NCBI GenBank assembly: GCA_963786935.1
Contig: CAWBAN010000002.1
Coordinates: 288,001 to 352,000, forward strand
DNA: 64,000 bases
Source of the DNA: an uncultured bacterium
GTDB taxonomy: Bacteria; Krumholzibacteriota; Krumholzibacteriia; Krumholzibacteriales; Krumholzibacteriaceae
Direction of reading: 5' to 3'
This document shows, in pieces, positions 47,472 to 57,630 of this stretch. How positions within the stretch are numbered: position 1 is the first letter of the stretch; the number at the start of each line of letters is the position of its first letter. Under the pieces are notes generated by a model. The model worked only from the letters and a program-made list of their open reading frames with translations, searched no databases and was not told where the DNA came from. A program made the position numbers and the translations under genes.

Positions 47472-48050
47472 ATGTCGAAGACATTCGTTATCGTGATGCT
47501 TGCCGTGCTTCTCGCGATCGCGCCCTCGACGATTCCGGGCGCCGCGGGGGAGACGGCGTGGGGAGACGCGAGCGCTCAGGCGGCGCACTCCATGCGCGCC
47601 TCCGTGATCGGCGCGGCCGGCGCGCCCGGCTCGAGCGCGAACTATCGCTCGAACGGCACGCTCGGACAATCGACGCCGATCGGGATCGGCGCGGCCGCGG
47701 CGAAAAAGGTGTACGCGGGATTCTGGGGGCGGACGTGGTCGCTCACGGCGGTTGACGAGAATCCGATCGTATACCGGAACGTGCTCTTCCAGAACTATCC
47801 GAATCCGTTCAATCCCTCGACGACGATCGAGTATTCCCTCGAGGGGACGGGCGCCGCCCGGATCGTCATCTTCGGCGTCGACGGGCGGAGGATCAGGACG
47901 CTCGAAGGCGGCGTGAAGCCGGCGGGCATCTACCGAGCGGTCTGGGACGGGAAGAACGACCGGGGACAATCCGTCGCGACGGGGATCTATTTCTACCGCC
48001 TCGAGGCGGGCCGCTTCGCGGCGGTGAAGAAGATGCTCTTGCTGAGATGA
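47472..48050 (+). CDS. Small secreted protein with FlgD-Ig/T9SS-like CTD
   Basis: Signal peptide; SVIG.AG..SS.NY...TLGQ...YAGFW; LFQNYPNPFNP...WDGKND.G..VATGIYFYRL. Confidence 0.82.
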   Translation: MSKTFVIVMLAVLLAIAPSTIPGAAGETAWGDASAQAAHSMRASVIGAAGAPGSSANYRSNGTLGQSTPIGIGAAAAKKVYAGFWGRTWSLTAVDENPIVYRNVLFQNYPNPFNPSTTIEYSLEGTGAARIVIFGVDGRRIRTLEGGVKPAGIYRAVWDGKNDRGQSVATGIYFYRLEAGRFAAVKKMLLLR

Positions 48051-48102
48051 CGGGGTGCAGGGGGATCGGACGCCATCGCCCGACGAGAGGTCCCGCCCGA
48101 CG

Positions 48103-51087
48103 CTATTCGATGTGTCGCGCGAAACGTTCGAAGACGGCTCGGATATTTCGTTTGCTTGCGGTGAGCCGCGCGAGGAACGTCCCCGCGCCCGGAACCTGCG
48201 CGCCGAGGAGCCGCAAAAAGTATCTCTCGAAGAACTCCTCCCGCTCGGGGAGCGGCGGGTAGGCGAATCCGTGCAGCGCCGCGGCGTGCTCCATCGTCCA
48301 GAAGAGCCGGTGCGCCGCGGCGAGCGTCTCGACGCCGCTCGCCTCGAGAATCCCCGCCGATCTCAGCTCCTCGAGCGCCGGCCGCGGGTCTGGCGACGGG
48401 GCCGCGCGGACGATTCCCCGCAGGCGCGCCGCGCACAGCAGAAAATCGATGTCGTAGAGCCCGCCCGCCGCGTGCTTCACGTCCCACGGACTCTTCGAGA
48501 GCGCCTCGAGCTTCGCGCGCGAATCGAGGAGCCGCTCCTTCCAGCCTTCGCGCCCGAAAATGACCGGAAGCTCGCGCGCGAGCATCGCCTCGAACGAGCG
48601 CCCCGTCGCTTCATCGCCGCATACGAACCGGCATTTCGAGTACGCGAGGATCTCCCAGAGTGAGACGCGCGACCGCAGGTAGCCCTCGCAGTAATCGAAT
48701 GTCTGAACGAGGGGGGCGCTCGCCCCTTCGCCGCGGAGCCGCATATCGACGGGGCCGAGCCGGATGGCGCGGGCGCCGTCGATGACCCCGCGCACGGCGG
48801 CGGCGCCGGCATCCGCCGAGCGCTCGTCCGACGCCACGGCGATGAGATCGAGATCGCTTCCGAACCGCGCGCTCCGCTTCGCGAGCGAGCCGAGGGCGAA
48901 GAGCGCGAGACCGTCCGGGCCCGCGCCGCGGGCGCCGTTCTCCCTGCCCGCGTCGAAGAGCGAGACGAGCGCGCGCTCCGAGGCGCCCGTGAGGAGCGGG
49001 CCGAGGACCTCGGGGCCGTTTTCCGGAATCGGGTGTTGGATGTGAATGAAGAGGAGCGCCTCCTCATGCCGGCGCGCGAGGCTCGGCAGAAACTCATCGC
49101 CGGCGGGGCGCGGCGCCGGCGCCTCCGGCGGCGCCCCCTCCGCGAGCGAATCGAGGAGCTCGATGCGGCCGGCGAGCGTCTCCGAGAGCTTCGTCGAGAG
49201 CGAGGCGACCGTGAGCAGGAGCCGGAGGAGATCGCCGCCGCCGGCGATGAGCTCGAGCGTCGATTTCACCGCGCCCGTGGCCTTCACGATCCGCACGAAG
49301 TTCTTGAGCGCGAGCGAGGGGTCGGGTGTGAGCGCCACGCGGTCCAGAACGGCCGGGAGCGAACGCGCCGCCGCCGCGAGCGTCTCGATTCCCTCGAGGC
49401 GCGGGAAGTCGCCGAAGACGAGCGCGCTGAGGAAGCGGTGCGCCTCCTCCCCCTCGCGGAAGCCGTACTTCGCGAGAATGTCCTCGACGGCCCGGTCCCC
49501 CGCCGGGAGCGAGAGAAGGAGCGGGATCTCGCCGGGGACGCGGTTCCTGAAATAGCCGTCGAAGATGTGCTGCACCTCGCCGATGGATCGCCCGAGCTCG
49601 GCGGTGAAATTCTCGCTCGTCACGCCGCGCAGCGCGCTCCGGCACACGCGCTCGGCCGTCTTCGCGAGATCGTCCCCGGCGCCGGGGATCATGTGCGTGC
49701 GGACGTTGCGGAGCATCTGCATCCGGTGCTCGACGGTGCGGAAGAGACGGTAGCTCCGCTCGAGCGTCTCCTTCGCCTCCGTGCCCAGGAGGCCGTGCCG
49801 CGCGAGGCGCTCGAGCGATTCGAGGGTGTTGCGCGAGCGGATGTCGGGCCGGCCGCGCCCGTGGAGGAGCTGGATCCCCTGCGCGATGAACTCGATGTCG
49901 CGGATGCCGCCCGCCATGAGCTTGATGTTCCCCGCGCGCTCCTCCTCGGGCAGGTACGTGATCCATCGCTCGCGCATCGTCACGATCTCGTCGAGCGGAT
50001 CGAAGCTCGGCGCGGGGGGATAGATCGCCTTCGCGCAGTTCTCCACGAAGGCGTCGCCGACCGGACGGTTTCCCGCCGAATGGCGCGCCTTGATGAGCGA
50101 CTGCAGCTCCCACGGCTTCGCCCGCCGCTGGAGATAGTTGACGTGGTCGCCGAGCGTCACGACGAGGGGCCCGCTGCCGCCGTCGGGGCGGAGCCTGAGA
50201 TCGACGCGGTAGAGCGTCCCCTCCTCGGTCGGCGACGAGAGATATTCCGTGACGCGCCGCGCGAGCGCGTCGTAGAACGCGCGCTCGCGCTCCCCCTCGG
50301 TCGCCTCGCACACGTACATCAGATCGATGTCGGACGAATAGTTGAGCTCGGTGCCGCCGAGCTTTCCGAGGGAGACGATCGCGAAGCGGTGGTAGGGGAC
50401 GGCCGTGTCGAAGCTCCACGCCGTCGCGCCGGGCCCCGCGCTTTCGGCGAGCTCCTCGAAGGCCATGCAGGCGACGGTCTCGATGATCGCGTCGGCGAGG
50501 AACGAGAGCTCCGCCGTGACCTCCTCCACGCCGGCGAGCCCCATGAGATCGCGCGCGCCGATGCGGAGCATCTCGCGGCGGAAGTAGCGCTTGACGCCGT
50601 TGAGGCGCCGCCGGGGATCCCTGAAGGGCTCGATCTGCCGCCCGAGCTCGAAGCGATAGGCGCTGAACGACTTCGGGTCCTCGAGCGTGCCGGCCTCGAC
50701 GAGCCACGAGAGGTAGCCGGGGTTTCGCTCGAGGATCTCCGTGAGGAAGTAGCTGCACGAGAAGATCGTCACGAAGAGCCGCGCGATCGGCCGCGCGAGG
50801 AAGAGCGAATGGAGAAATCGCGCCGGGGCGATGCGCGACTCGACGAAGCGCGAGAGGTTGAGGATCGCTGCGTCGGGATCGGGAGAGGAGGCGATCTCGG
50901 CGAGGAGGTTCGCGATGTTCGCGGCGGGGGGCGCGTCGGCCCCGCCGGCCGGAACGAGCCGCAGCCAGAGCGCGGCCGCCTTCGCGGGATCGGCGAACCG
51001 GAGCCCGGCGAAGAGCGTCTCGAGCTTTTTCGCGTCCGCTTCCCCGGCGATCACGCGCCGCGCGATGCTTTCGTATTTCGCTTCCAT
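48103..51087 (-). CDS. glnE: Glutamine synthetase adenylyltransferase / adenylyl-removing enzyme
   Basis: LGKLGG.ELNYSSDIDL, YRVDLRLRPDG, WE.Q.LIKAR, K...GGIRDIEF; second, degenerate NT domain (GSDLDL, DMRLR.EG, GGL.DIDF). Confidence 0.9.
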   Translation of the reverse strand: MEAKYESIARRVIAGEADAKKLETLFAGLRFADPAKAAALWLRLVPAGGADAPPAANIANLLAEIASSPDPDAAILNLSRFVESRIAPARFLHSLFLARPIARLFVTIFSCSYFLTEILERNPGYLSWLVEAGTLEDPKSFSAYRFELGRQIEPFRDPRRRLNGVKRYFRREMLRIGARDLMGLAGVEEVTAELSFLADAIIETVACMAFEELAESAGPGATAWSFDTAVPYHRFAIVSLGKLGGTELNYSSDIDLMYVCEATEGERERAFYDALARRVTEYLSSPTEEGTLYRVDLRLRPDGGSGPLVVTLGDHVNYLQRRAKPWELQSLIKARHSAGNRPVGDAFVENCAKAIYPPAPSFDPLDEIVTMRERWITYLPEEERAGNIKLMAGGIRDIEFIAQGIQLLHGRGRPDIRSRNTLESLERLARHGLLGTEAKETLERSYRLFRTVEHRMQMLRNVRTHMIPGAGDDLAKTAERVCRSALRGVTSENFTAELGRSIGEVQHIFDGYFRNRVPGEIPLLLSLPAGDRAVEDILAKYGFREGEEAHRFLSALVFGDFPRLEGIETLAAAARSLPAVLDRVALTPDPSLALKNFVRIVKATGAVKSTLELIAGGGDLLRLLLTVASLSTKLSETLAGRIELLDSLAEGAPPEAPAPRPAGDEFLPSLARRHEEALLFIHIQHPIPENGPEVLGPLLTGASERALVSLFDAGRENGARGAGPDGLALFALGSLAKRSARFGSDLDLIAVASDERSADAGAAAVRGVIDGARAIRLGPVDMRLRGEGASAPLVQTFDYCEGYLRSRVSLWEILAYSKCRFVCGDEATGRSFEAMLARELPVIFGREGWKERLLDSRAKLEALSKSPWDVKHAAGGLYDIDFLLCAARLRGIVRAAPSPDPRPALEELRSAGILEASGVETLAAAHRLFWTMEHAAALHGFAYPPLPEREEFFERYFLRLLGAQVPGAGTFLARLTASKRNIRAVFERFARHIE

Positions 51088-51136
51088 CGAACGCGCCCGC
51101 GAACTTTCTCTGGAATGCCCCTTTCGTTTCCTGTAG

Positions 51137-51529
<393 letters not shown>

Positions 51530-51534
51530 GGCCG

Positions 51535-52548
51535 ATGGACGAGCTCTACCTCGGCATCGAAACCTCCTGCGACGACACCTCGTGCGCCGTCTATTCCCCG
51601 GCGCGCGGCGTCGTCGTGCACCGCACGGCGGCCCAGCTCGATCACGAAAAATACGGCGGCGTCGTTCCCGAGATCGCCTCGCGCTCGCACATGCGCACGC
51701 TCCTCCCGCTCTACGAGACCGTGATGGTCGAATCGGGCGTTTCGCTCGAAGCGCTCGCCGGCATCGGCGTCACGAACGGCCCGGGCCTCACCGGCTCCCT
51801 CCTCGTCGGCCTCTCCTTCGCGAAGGCGCTCGCCTACGCGTGCCGCGTGCCGCTCGCCGGCGTCCATCATATCGAAGGGCACATCCTCGCGAACGCCCTC
51901 GACGGCCCGCTCGAGCTCCCGGCGCTCGTCCTCGTCGTGTCGGGCGGGCACACGCAGCTGATCCACATGGAGCGGATCGGGCGCTACGAGATCGTCGGGA
52001 GCACGCGCGACGACGCGGCGGGGGAGGCCTTCGACAAGATCGGGAAGCTCCTCGGCCTCCCGTTCCCCGGCGGCCCGTCCATCGAGCGCGCCGCGCGCGA
52101 GGGGAACGCCGGAGCGTACGACTTTCCCCGCGGGCTGCGGCGCTCGGGGGATCACGATTTCTCGTTCTCGGGGCTCAAGACCGCGGTGCGGCTCAAGGTG
52201 GAGTCGCTCGACGAGCTCGATCCGCGCGCCGTCGCGGACATCGCCGCCTCGGCGCAGGAGGCGATCGTCGCGAGCCTCGTCGAAAAGTCGTCCGCCGCCG
52301 CGCGGGAGCGGGGCGCGCGACGTCTCTACCTCGCCGGCGGGGTCGCCTCGAACGGCCGCCTCCGCGCGGCCATGACGGAGCGTCTCGCGGCCGAAGGGGT
52401 CGCCGTCTCCTGGCCCCGTCCCGAGTACTGCACCGACAACGCCGCGATGATCGCCTGCGCGGCTTCCTGCCACATCAGGGCCGGCAGGGTCGACGGCCTC
52501 GACCTGAACAGCTTCGCCCGCGGAACCATCGTCAACTGGGCCTCCTGA
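51535..52548 (+). CDS. tsaD: tRNA N6-adenosine threonylcarbamoyltransferase
   Basis: GIETSCDDT, GGVVPEIASR.H, HHIEGH, VSGGHT, DDAAGEAFDK, CTDNAAMI. Confidence 0.96.
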   Translation: MDELYLGIETSCDDTSCAVYSPARGVVVHRTAAQLDHEKYGGVVPEIASRSHMRTLLPLYETVMVESGVSLEALAGIGVTNGPGLTGSLLVGLSFAKALAYACRVPLAGVHHIEGHILANALDGPLELPALVLVVSGGHTQLIHMERIGRYEIVGSTRDDAAGEAFDKIGKLLGLPFPGGPSIERAAREGNAGAYDFPRGLRRSGDHDFSFSGLKTAVRLKVESLDELDPRAVADIAASAQEAIVASLVEKSSAAARERGARRLYLAGGVASNGRLRAAMTERLAAEGVAVSWPRPEYCTDNAAMIACAASCHIRAGRVDGLDLNSFARGTIVNWAS

Positions 52549-52636
52549 CGTCCCTTGGCTCCGGTCTCGTTCTGCGAAATCCGATTGCAGATTGGCCGCG
52601 CGCGCCCCTCCCCGCCGCATTCCCTCCCCGTCGGCG

Positions 52637-52649
52637 CAACGCCTTGAAA
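52637..52649 (-). promoter_or_regulatory. Possible IHF-like site upstream of the sigma54 promoter
   Basis: TTTCAAggcgTTG vs WATCAANNNNTTR, one mismatch. Confidence 0.35.
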
Positions 52650-52709
52650 TAGCTGCAGCTATGCCGTGCGGAGCGCCCCGCCCGTCGCCCCCGGCCGGGG
52701 CATTCCTGC

Positions 52710-52726
52710 TTGGCATATGAATTGCG
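52710..52726 (+). promoter_or_regulatory. Sigma54 (-24/-12) promoter
   Basis: TTGGCATATGAATTGC: GG-N10-GC with TGGCA and TTGC. Confidence 0.75.
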
Positions 52727-52801
52727 TAGCAATGACTTGCCAGAATCATACGAACCGCTCGCAGGGCGGGAATTAACACAAAGAGGAACGGAGTATTCCT
52801 C

Positions 52802-53785
52802 ATGATGAGTGCCGGCAACAAGCAGGGCTATAAAATCCTGGTCGTCGACGACGAGGATCACATCAGGCGCATACTCAAATTCCAGCTCGAGAAGCACGGC
52901 TACCGGGTCGTTCTCGCCGAGAACGGCGAGGTCGCGCTCGAGATCGTCAGGCGCGAGAGCCCCGATCTCATCCTGCTCGATCTCATGATGCCGCGGATCG
53001 ACGGCTTCGAGACCTGCCGGCGCATCCGGCAGAATTTCCAGACGTCGCAGATCCCGGTGATCATCCTCACGGCGAAGAGCGAGCTCCCCGACAAGATCAA
53101 GGGGCTGCAGGACGGCGCGAACGATTACCTGATCAAGCCGTACTCGAACGAGGAGCTGCTGCTCCGCGTCCGGAACGTTCTCGAGTGGAGCCTCAGGCAG
53201 AAAGAGGCGAATCCGCTCACCGGGCTGCCGGGGAACCGCGCCATCGAGAAGGAGCTGCAGGCGCGCATCGAGCGCAAGGCGTCGTTCGCGTTCCTCTACG
53301 TCGACATCGACAATTTCAAGCCGTACAACGACCACTACGGATACCAGAAGGGGGACGACGCGATCCTCTTCCTCGGCGACATCATCACCGAGGCGGTCAA
53401 TTCGCTCGGCGGCGGGGACGATTTCGTCGGCCACATCGGCGGGGACGATTTCGTCGTCATCACGACGGCCGAGCGGGCCGAGTACATCGCGCGGCACATC
53501 ATCGACGAGTTCGACCGCGGCGTGCTCGTGCTCCTCCAGGAAGAGGACATCAGGAGAGGATTCATGGAGGTCCGCAACCGGCTCGGCGAGATCAGGCGGA
53601 TGCCGGTCATGTCGCTCACGATCGCGCTCGTGCTCGACGAGGAAGGCAAGCTCAAGCATTACGCGCAGGTGAACGATATCGCTTCCGAGCTCAAGCAGTA
53701 CGGCAAGGGAATGGTCGGAAGCGTGGTCGTTCGCGAGCGCCGGAAAACGAACGAGCCGGCGAATAAAGTGGAATCGGGGGGCTGA
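52802..53785 (+). CDS. Response regulator with GGDEF domain (GGDDF variant)
   Basis: VVDDE, LLDLMMP, TAK, KP; ANPLTGLPGN, DIDNFK.YND.YG..GD, GHIGGDDF. Confidence 0.92.
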   Translation: MMSAGNKQGYKILVVDDEDHIRRILKFQLEKHGYRVVLAENGEVALEIVRRESPDLILLDLMMPRIDGFETCRRIRQNFQTSQIPVIILTAKSELPDKIKGLQDGANDYLIKPYSNEELLLRVRNVLEWSLRQKEANPLTGLPGNRAIEKELQARIERKASFAFLYVDIDNFKPYNDHYGYQKGDDAILFLGDIITEAVNSLGGGDDFVGHIGGDDFVVITTAERAEYIARHIIDEFDRGVLVLLQEEDIRRGFMEVRNRLGEIRRMPVMSLTIALVLDEEGKLKHYAQVNDIASELKQYGKGMVGSVVVRERRKTNEPANKVESGG

Positions 53786-53786
53786 C

Positions 53787-54611
53787 GTGGCACACGCGAC
53801 GGAGACCAAGCAGGACACGAGGCTCGATCGCATCGTCATCGACGCCGAGGAGGAGCTCGCCTCGCTCCGGCGCGAGCTCGCGCGGTGCCGCGGGCTGTTC
53901 GATTCCGCGCGGCTCGTCGTGGGGCACGAATTCGCGAAGCCCCTCACCTCGCTCAGCGGCTATCTCGAGCTGCTCGAGGAGCGTCTCGGCCCCGACGCGG
54001 GGGAGAAGGAGCGCGCGTACGTCGGCAAGATGCGCGATTCGATCGGCCGGCTCGAGGAGCTCGTCGAATCGTTCGTCCAGATGCTGCGCGTCGAAGAGGG
54101 CGCCGGCGAGCTGCAGGCGTTCGAGCGGATCGACGTCGCGGCGCTCGTCGAGCGCGTGCGCAAGCGGTTCGACGAACGCGCCTCGCTCATCGAAGTGAGC
54201 ATCGAGGATTCCGTGCCGCCGGTGCTCGTGCGGCGCCGTTGCCTCGAGGTCGTGCTCGAGAATCTCGTCTCGAACGCGATCAAGTACGGCGCGGGCCCCA
54301 TTCGCGTCACCGCCTCGTTCGCCGGGGATCGCCGCGGCGAGACGAAGAACGCGATACTCGTGCTGACGGTCGAGGATCGCGGCGCGGGCATTCCCGAAGA
54401 CAAGCTTGAAGCGGTGTTCACGCCGTTCGTCCGTCTCGAGAACCGGGGCGACCGGCCCGGTCTCGGCCTCGGTCTCGCCGTCGTGAAGAGCGTCGTCTCG
54501 ATCATGGGGGCCGAGATCAGGCTGCGGAGCAGACCCGGAGAGGGGACCATGGTTACGGTCGTGATACCCGTTCCGAACGATATCAAGACGCCGTCCGACA
54601 CGGTCGGCTGA
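53787..54611 (+). CDS. Cytoplasmic histidine kinase (HisKA + HATPase, no sensor domain)
   Basis: GHEFAKPLTSL, NLVSNAIKY, D.G.GI, F.PF, GLGLGLA. Confidence 0.85.
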   Translation: MAHATETKQDTRLDRIVIDAEEELASLRRELARCRGLFDSARLVVGHEFAKPLTSLSGYLELLEERLGPDAGEKERAYVGKMRDSIGRLEELVESFVQMLRVEEGAGELQAFERIDVAALVERVRKRFDERASLIEVSIEDSVPPVLVRRRCLEVVLENLVSNAIKYGAGPIRVTASFAGDRRGETKNAILVLTVEDRGAGIPEDKLEAVFTPFVRLENRGDRPGLGLGLAVVKSVVSIMGAEIRLRSRPGEGTMVTVVIPVPNDIKTPSDTVG

Positions 54612-54623
54612 AGCGAGGTTCGC

Positions 54624-57614
54624 ATGGCCGCACACGGAAGCGCGGGCGAGCGGACGCCGGCGCACATGAGCATCCAGCAGATTCGAGCCGTCGAAATCGT
54701 CTCGATCTTCTTCATCGTGTTCGTCGCGCGCGAGATCGCGGGATTCGTGTTCAGGACCGAGCTCGTGATCGCCGTGTTCCTCGGCGCCACGTTTCTGAAC
54801 CTGGCCGCCGCCGGCATCGAGAGCGCGTTCGCGCGCCGGGAGCGCGCGGTCGTCCTTTCGAGCGGCGCCTGGGAATGGGGCACGGTGCTCATCGACATCT
54901 CGACCGCGCTCGCCGTCATCTATCTCACGGGAACGGCGCAGAGCCCGTTCCTCTTCCTCGTCGTGATACCGCTCTTCTTCGCCGGGCGTGTCCTGCCGCC
55001 CATGCGGGCGGGGCTCGCCGTCACCGGCTTCTCCGTCGCCGCCATCGCCGCCCTCGGCGTTCTCGAGGCGCGGGGCGCCGTTCCGTTCTTCAGCTGCTAT
55101 CCGGGCGACGCGGCGCCGCCGGAGGGCCGGTTCCTCGCGGGCACCGTCCTCATCCTCGGCGGCTTCATGGGATTCATGACGTACCTGTTCAGCAGCTTCT
55201 ACGAGAATTTCAACGTCAGCGTGCGCCGCGCCGAGGACCGGCTCCTCGATTCGCGGAAACGGATCCTCGAGCTCACGAGGCTCTACGACATCAGCCTCGG
55301 CATCAACTCGGTCATCAGCCTCGACACGCTCCTCACGATGGTGTGCAAGGAGATCACCTTGCTCCTCAGGCGGCCGTGGGTCTCGATCGTGCTCCTCAAC
55401 CAGAAGCGCGAGGTCATCGAGCACGTCGAGATCGGGAAGACGGGCGCCGCGGGGCTCGACGCGGGCGCGATGCTCGCCGACGATCCGCTCATCGCCGAGA
55501 TCTGCGAACACGAGACCGGGCTCCTCGTCGAGGACCTGCGCGATCACGCCGCCGGCGGCCGCTCCCCCCTCGTCGCGAACCGCGCCCTCGGATCGTTCCT
55601 CGCCGTCCCCGTCTTTTCGGCGAAGGACAACCTCGGCGTGCTCATGGTCGGCGACTTCGCCCGCGAGCCGTTCAATCCGGAGGACGCGCGGCTCATGACG
55701 ATCCTCTCGGGGCAGGTCGCGATGGCGATCGAGAAGAGCCGCCTCTACGAAGTCATGAACGGGCGCATCGAGCGCCTCGACCGCGAAAACGAGGAGCTGC
55801 GGAGCTCGAACAAGCTCAAGATGGGCTACCTCTCGCACCTCTCGCACGAGCTCAAGACGCCCCTTACGTCGATCAAGGCGTACGCGGAGACGCTCACCGA
55901 CCACATCGAGGACGAGGAATTCCCCGAGAAGAAGGAATTCCTCGGGATCATCTCGACGGAGACGGACCGGCTCATCCGCATGGTCAACAAGGTGCTCGAC
56001 GTGTCGAAGATCGAGTTCGGCAACCGCACGCTCAAGCGGACGACGTTCCCCCTCGGCACGCTCCTCGTCGAGGTCGAATCCGCGATGACGCCGTACCTCC
56101 GCGACAAGAAGCTCCGTCTCGTCGTGAGCGCGCCGTCCTCGCTCCCGCTCGTCGACGCGGACCAGGACCTCGTGAAGCAGGTGTTCATCAATCTCATCTC
56201 GAACGCGATCAAGTTCTCGCCGGAAAGCTCGCGCATCTTCATCGAGGCCGTGGAAGACGCGGTCGCGATCAAGATCACCGTGACGGACGAGGGCGTCGGC
56301 ATTCCGCAGGACGATCTCCAGAACATCTTCAAGCAGTTCTACCAGGTCAGCCGCGGCTCGGGGGAAGGGGTGGGCCTCGGGCTCGCGATCGTGAAGAACA
56401 TCGTCGAGCAGCACGGCGGCACGATCGCCGCGACGAGCCGTCTCGGCGAGGGGAGCACCTTCACGTTCACCCTGCCGAAGGAGCACCACTTCAACAATCT
56501 CCTCGGCTACCTGTTCGAATCGATCGGGGCGCGGGAGGAGATCCAGGAAATGTTCCAGCTCTCCGTGAAGGTCATCGCCGAGATGCTCTCCGCGAAGATC
56601 GTCTCGCTCATGCTCCTCGATCAGGAGAAGAAGGAGCTCTTCATCAAGGTGGCCTACGGGCTCGACGAAGCGATCGTCGCCCGCACGCGGGCCCGCCTCG
56701 GCACCGGGATCGCGGGCAGGGTGGCGGAGACGGGCGAGCCGCTCCTCATCGAGAACGTCGAAACGAGCGGGCTCAAGGACGCGCCGAACAATCCGCAGTA
56801 CGAGACGAAATCGCTCGTCAGCGTTCCGCTCGTGATCGGATCCACCGTGGTCGGCGTGATCAACGCGAACAACAAGACGTCGGGCAAGGCGTTCAACCAG
56901 GACGACCTCGCGCTGGCGCTCTCCCTCAGCGCCCGCTTCTCGAAAGTGATCGAGCGGATCCGCGTCTCCGAGGATTCGCGCGCGTTCATCGGCGAGACGA
57001 TCCAGTCGCTCCGTTCGCTCCTCGCCGCGCAGGAGCGGAGCGGACGCGGCGCCGGCCGGAAGATCGTCCACTGGTCGGTGAAGATCGCGCGGCACCTGCG
57101 CCTGAGCGAGAAAGAGGTGCAGGTGATCCAGTACGTTTCGAGCGTGCACGACGTCGGCATGACGTGCGTGAGCGACGCGATTCTCAAGAAGACGCTCGAG
57201 CTGACGCCGCAGGAGATGGAGGAGATCAGGAAACACCCGCAGCGCGGCACCGCGATCCTGCGCCCGCTCGAGTTCGTCGAGCTCGTGAGCCAGAGCATAC
57301 TCTTCCATCACGAGCGGATCGACGGCAAGGGATATCCGATGGGTCTCCGGGGAGATCAGATCCCGATCGCGTCGCGCATCCTCGCCGTCGTCGACGCGTT
57401 CCTGTCGATGGTGAGCGAGCGCCCGTTCCGGGACCGCATGAGGAACGCCGAGGCGGTCGACGAGCTCGTGCGCCATTCGGGAACGCAGTTCGATTCGCGG
57501 GTCGTGGCCGCGTTCGTCGAAGTGCTCATGGAAGAAAAACAGATCGAGGTGGACGCCTTCACGCGGATCTCGGACGCGCTGAGAACCGCGGAGAAGCACC
57601 ATCTCGTGCAGTAG
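54624..57614 (+). CDS. Membrane hybrid: TM-GAF-HisKA-HATPase-GAF-HD-GYP
   Basis: SHELKTPLT, NLISNAIKF, GLGLAI; GIAG.VA.TG GAF; VHDVG, HHER.DGKGYP, SRILAVVDAF, TQFD. Confidence 0.88.
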   Translation: MAAHGSAGERTPAHMSIQQIRAVEIVSIFFIVFVAREIAGFVFRTELVIAVFLGATFLNLAAAGIESAFARRERAVVLSSGAWEWGTVLIDISTALAVIYLTGTAQSPFLFLVVIPLFFAGRVLPPMRAGLAVTGFSVAAIAALGVLEARGAVPFFSCYPGDAAPPEGRFLAGTVLILGGFMGFMTYLFSSFYENFNVSVRRAEDRLLDSRKRILELTRLYDISLGINSVISLDTLLTMVCKEITLLLRRPWVSIVLLNQKREVIEHVEIGKTGAAGLDAGAMLADDPLIAEICEHETGLLVEDLRDHAAGGRSPLVANRALGSFLAVPVFSAKDNLGVLMVGDFAREPFNPEDARLMTILSGQVAMAIEKSRLYEVMNGRIERLDRENEELRSSNKLKMGYLSHLSHELKTPLTSIKAYAETLTDHIEDEEFPEKKEFLGIISTETDRLIRMVNKVLDVSKIEFGNRTLKRTTFPLGTLLVEVESAMTPYLRDKKLRLVVSAPSSLPLVDADQDLVKQVFINLISNAIKFSPESSRIFIEAVEDAVAIKITVTDEGVGIPQDDLQNIFKQFYQVSRGSGEGVGLGLAIVKNIVEQHGGTIAATSRLGEGSTFTFTLPKEHHFNNLLGYLFESIGAREEIQEMFQLSVKVIAEMLSAKIVSLMLLDQEKKELFIKVAYGLDEAIVARTRARLGTGIAGRVAETGEPLLIENVETSGLKDAPNNPQYETKSLVSVPLVIGSTVVGVINANNKTSGKAFNQDDLALALSLSARFSKVIERIRVSEDSRAFIGETIQSLRSLLAAQERSGRGAGRKIVHWSVKIARHLRLSEKEVQVIQYVSSVHDVGMTCVSDAILKKTLELTPQEMEEIRKHPQRGTAILRPLEFVELVSQSILFHHERIDGKGYPMGLRGDQIPIASRILAVVDAFLSMVSERPFRDRMRNAEAVDELVRHSGTQFDSRVVAAFVEVLMEEKQIEVDAFTRISDALRTAEKHHLVQ

Positions 57615-57630
57615 GGGAGGAAGACAGGCG

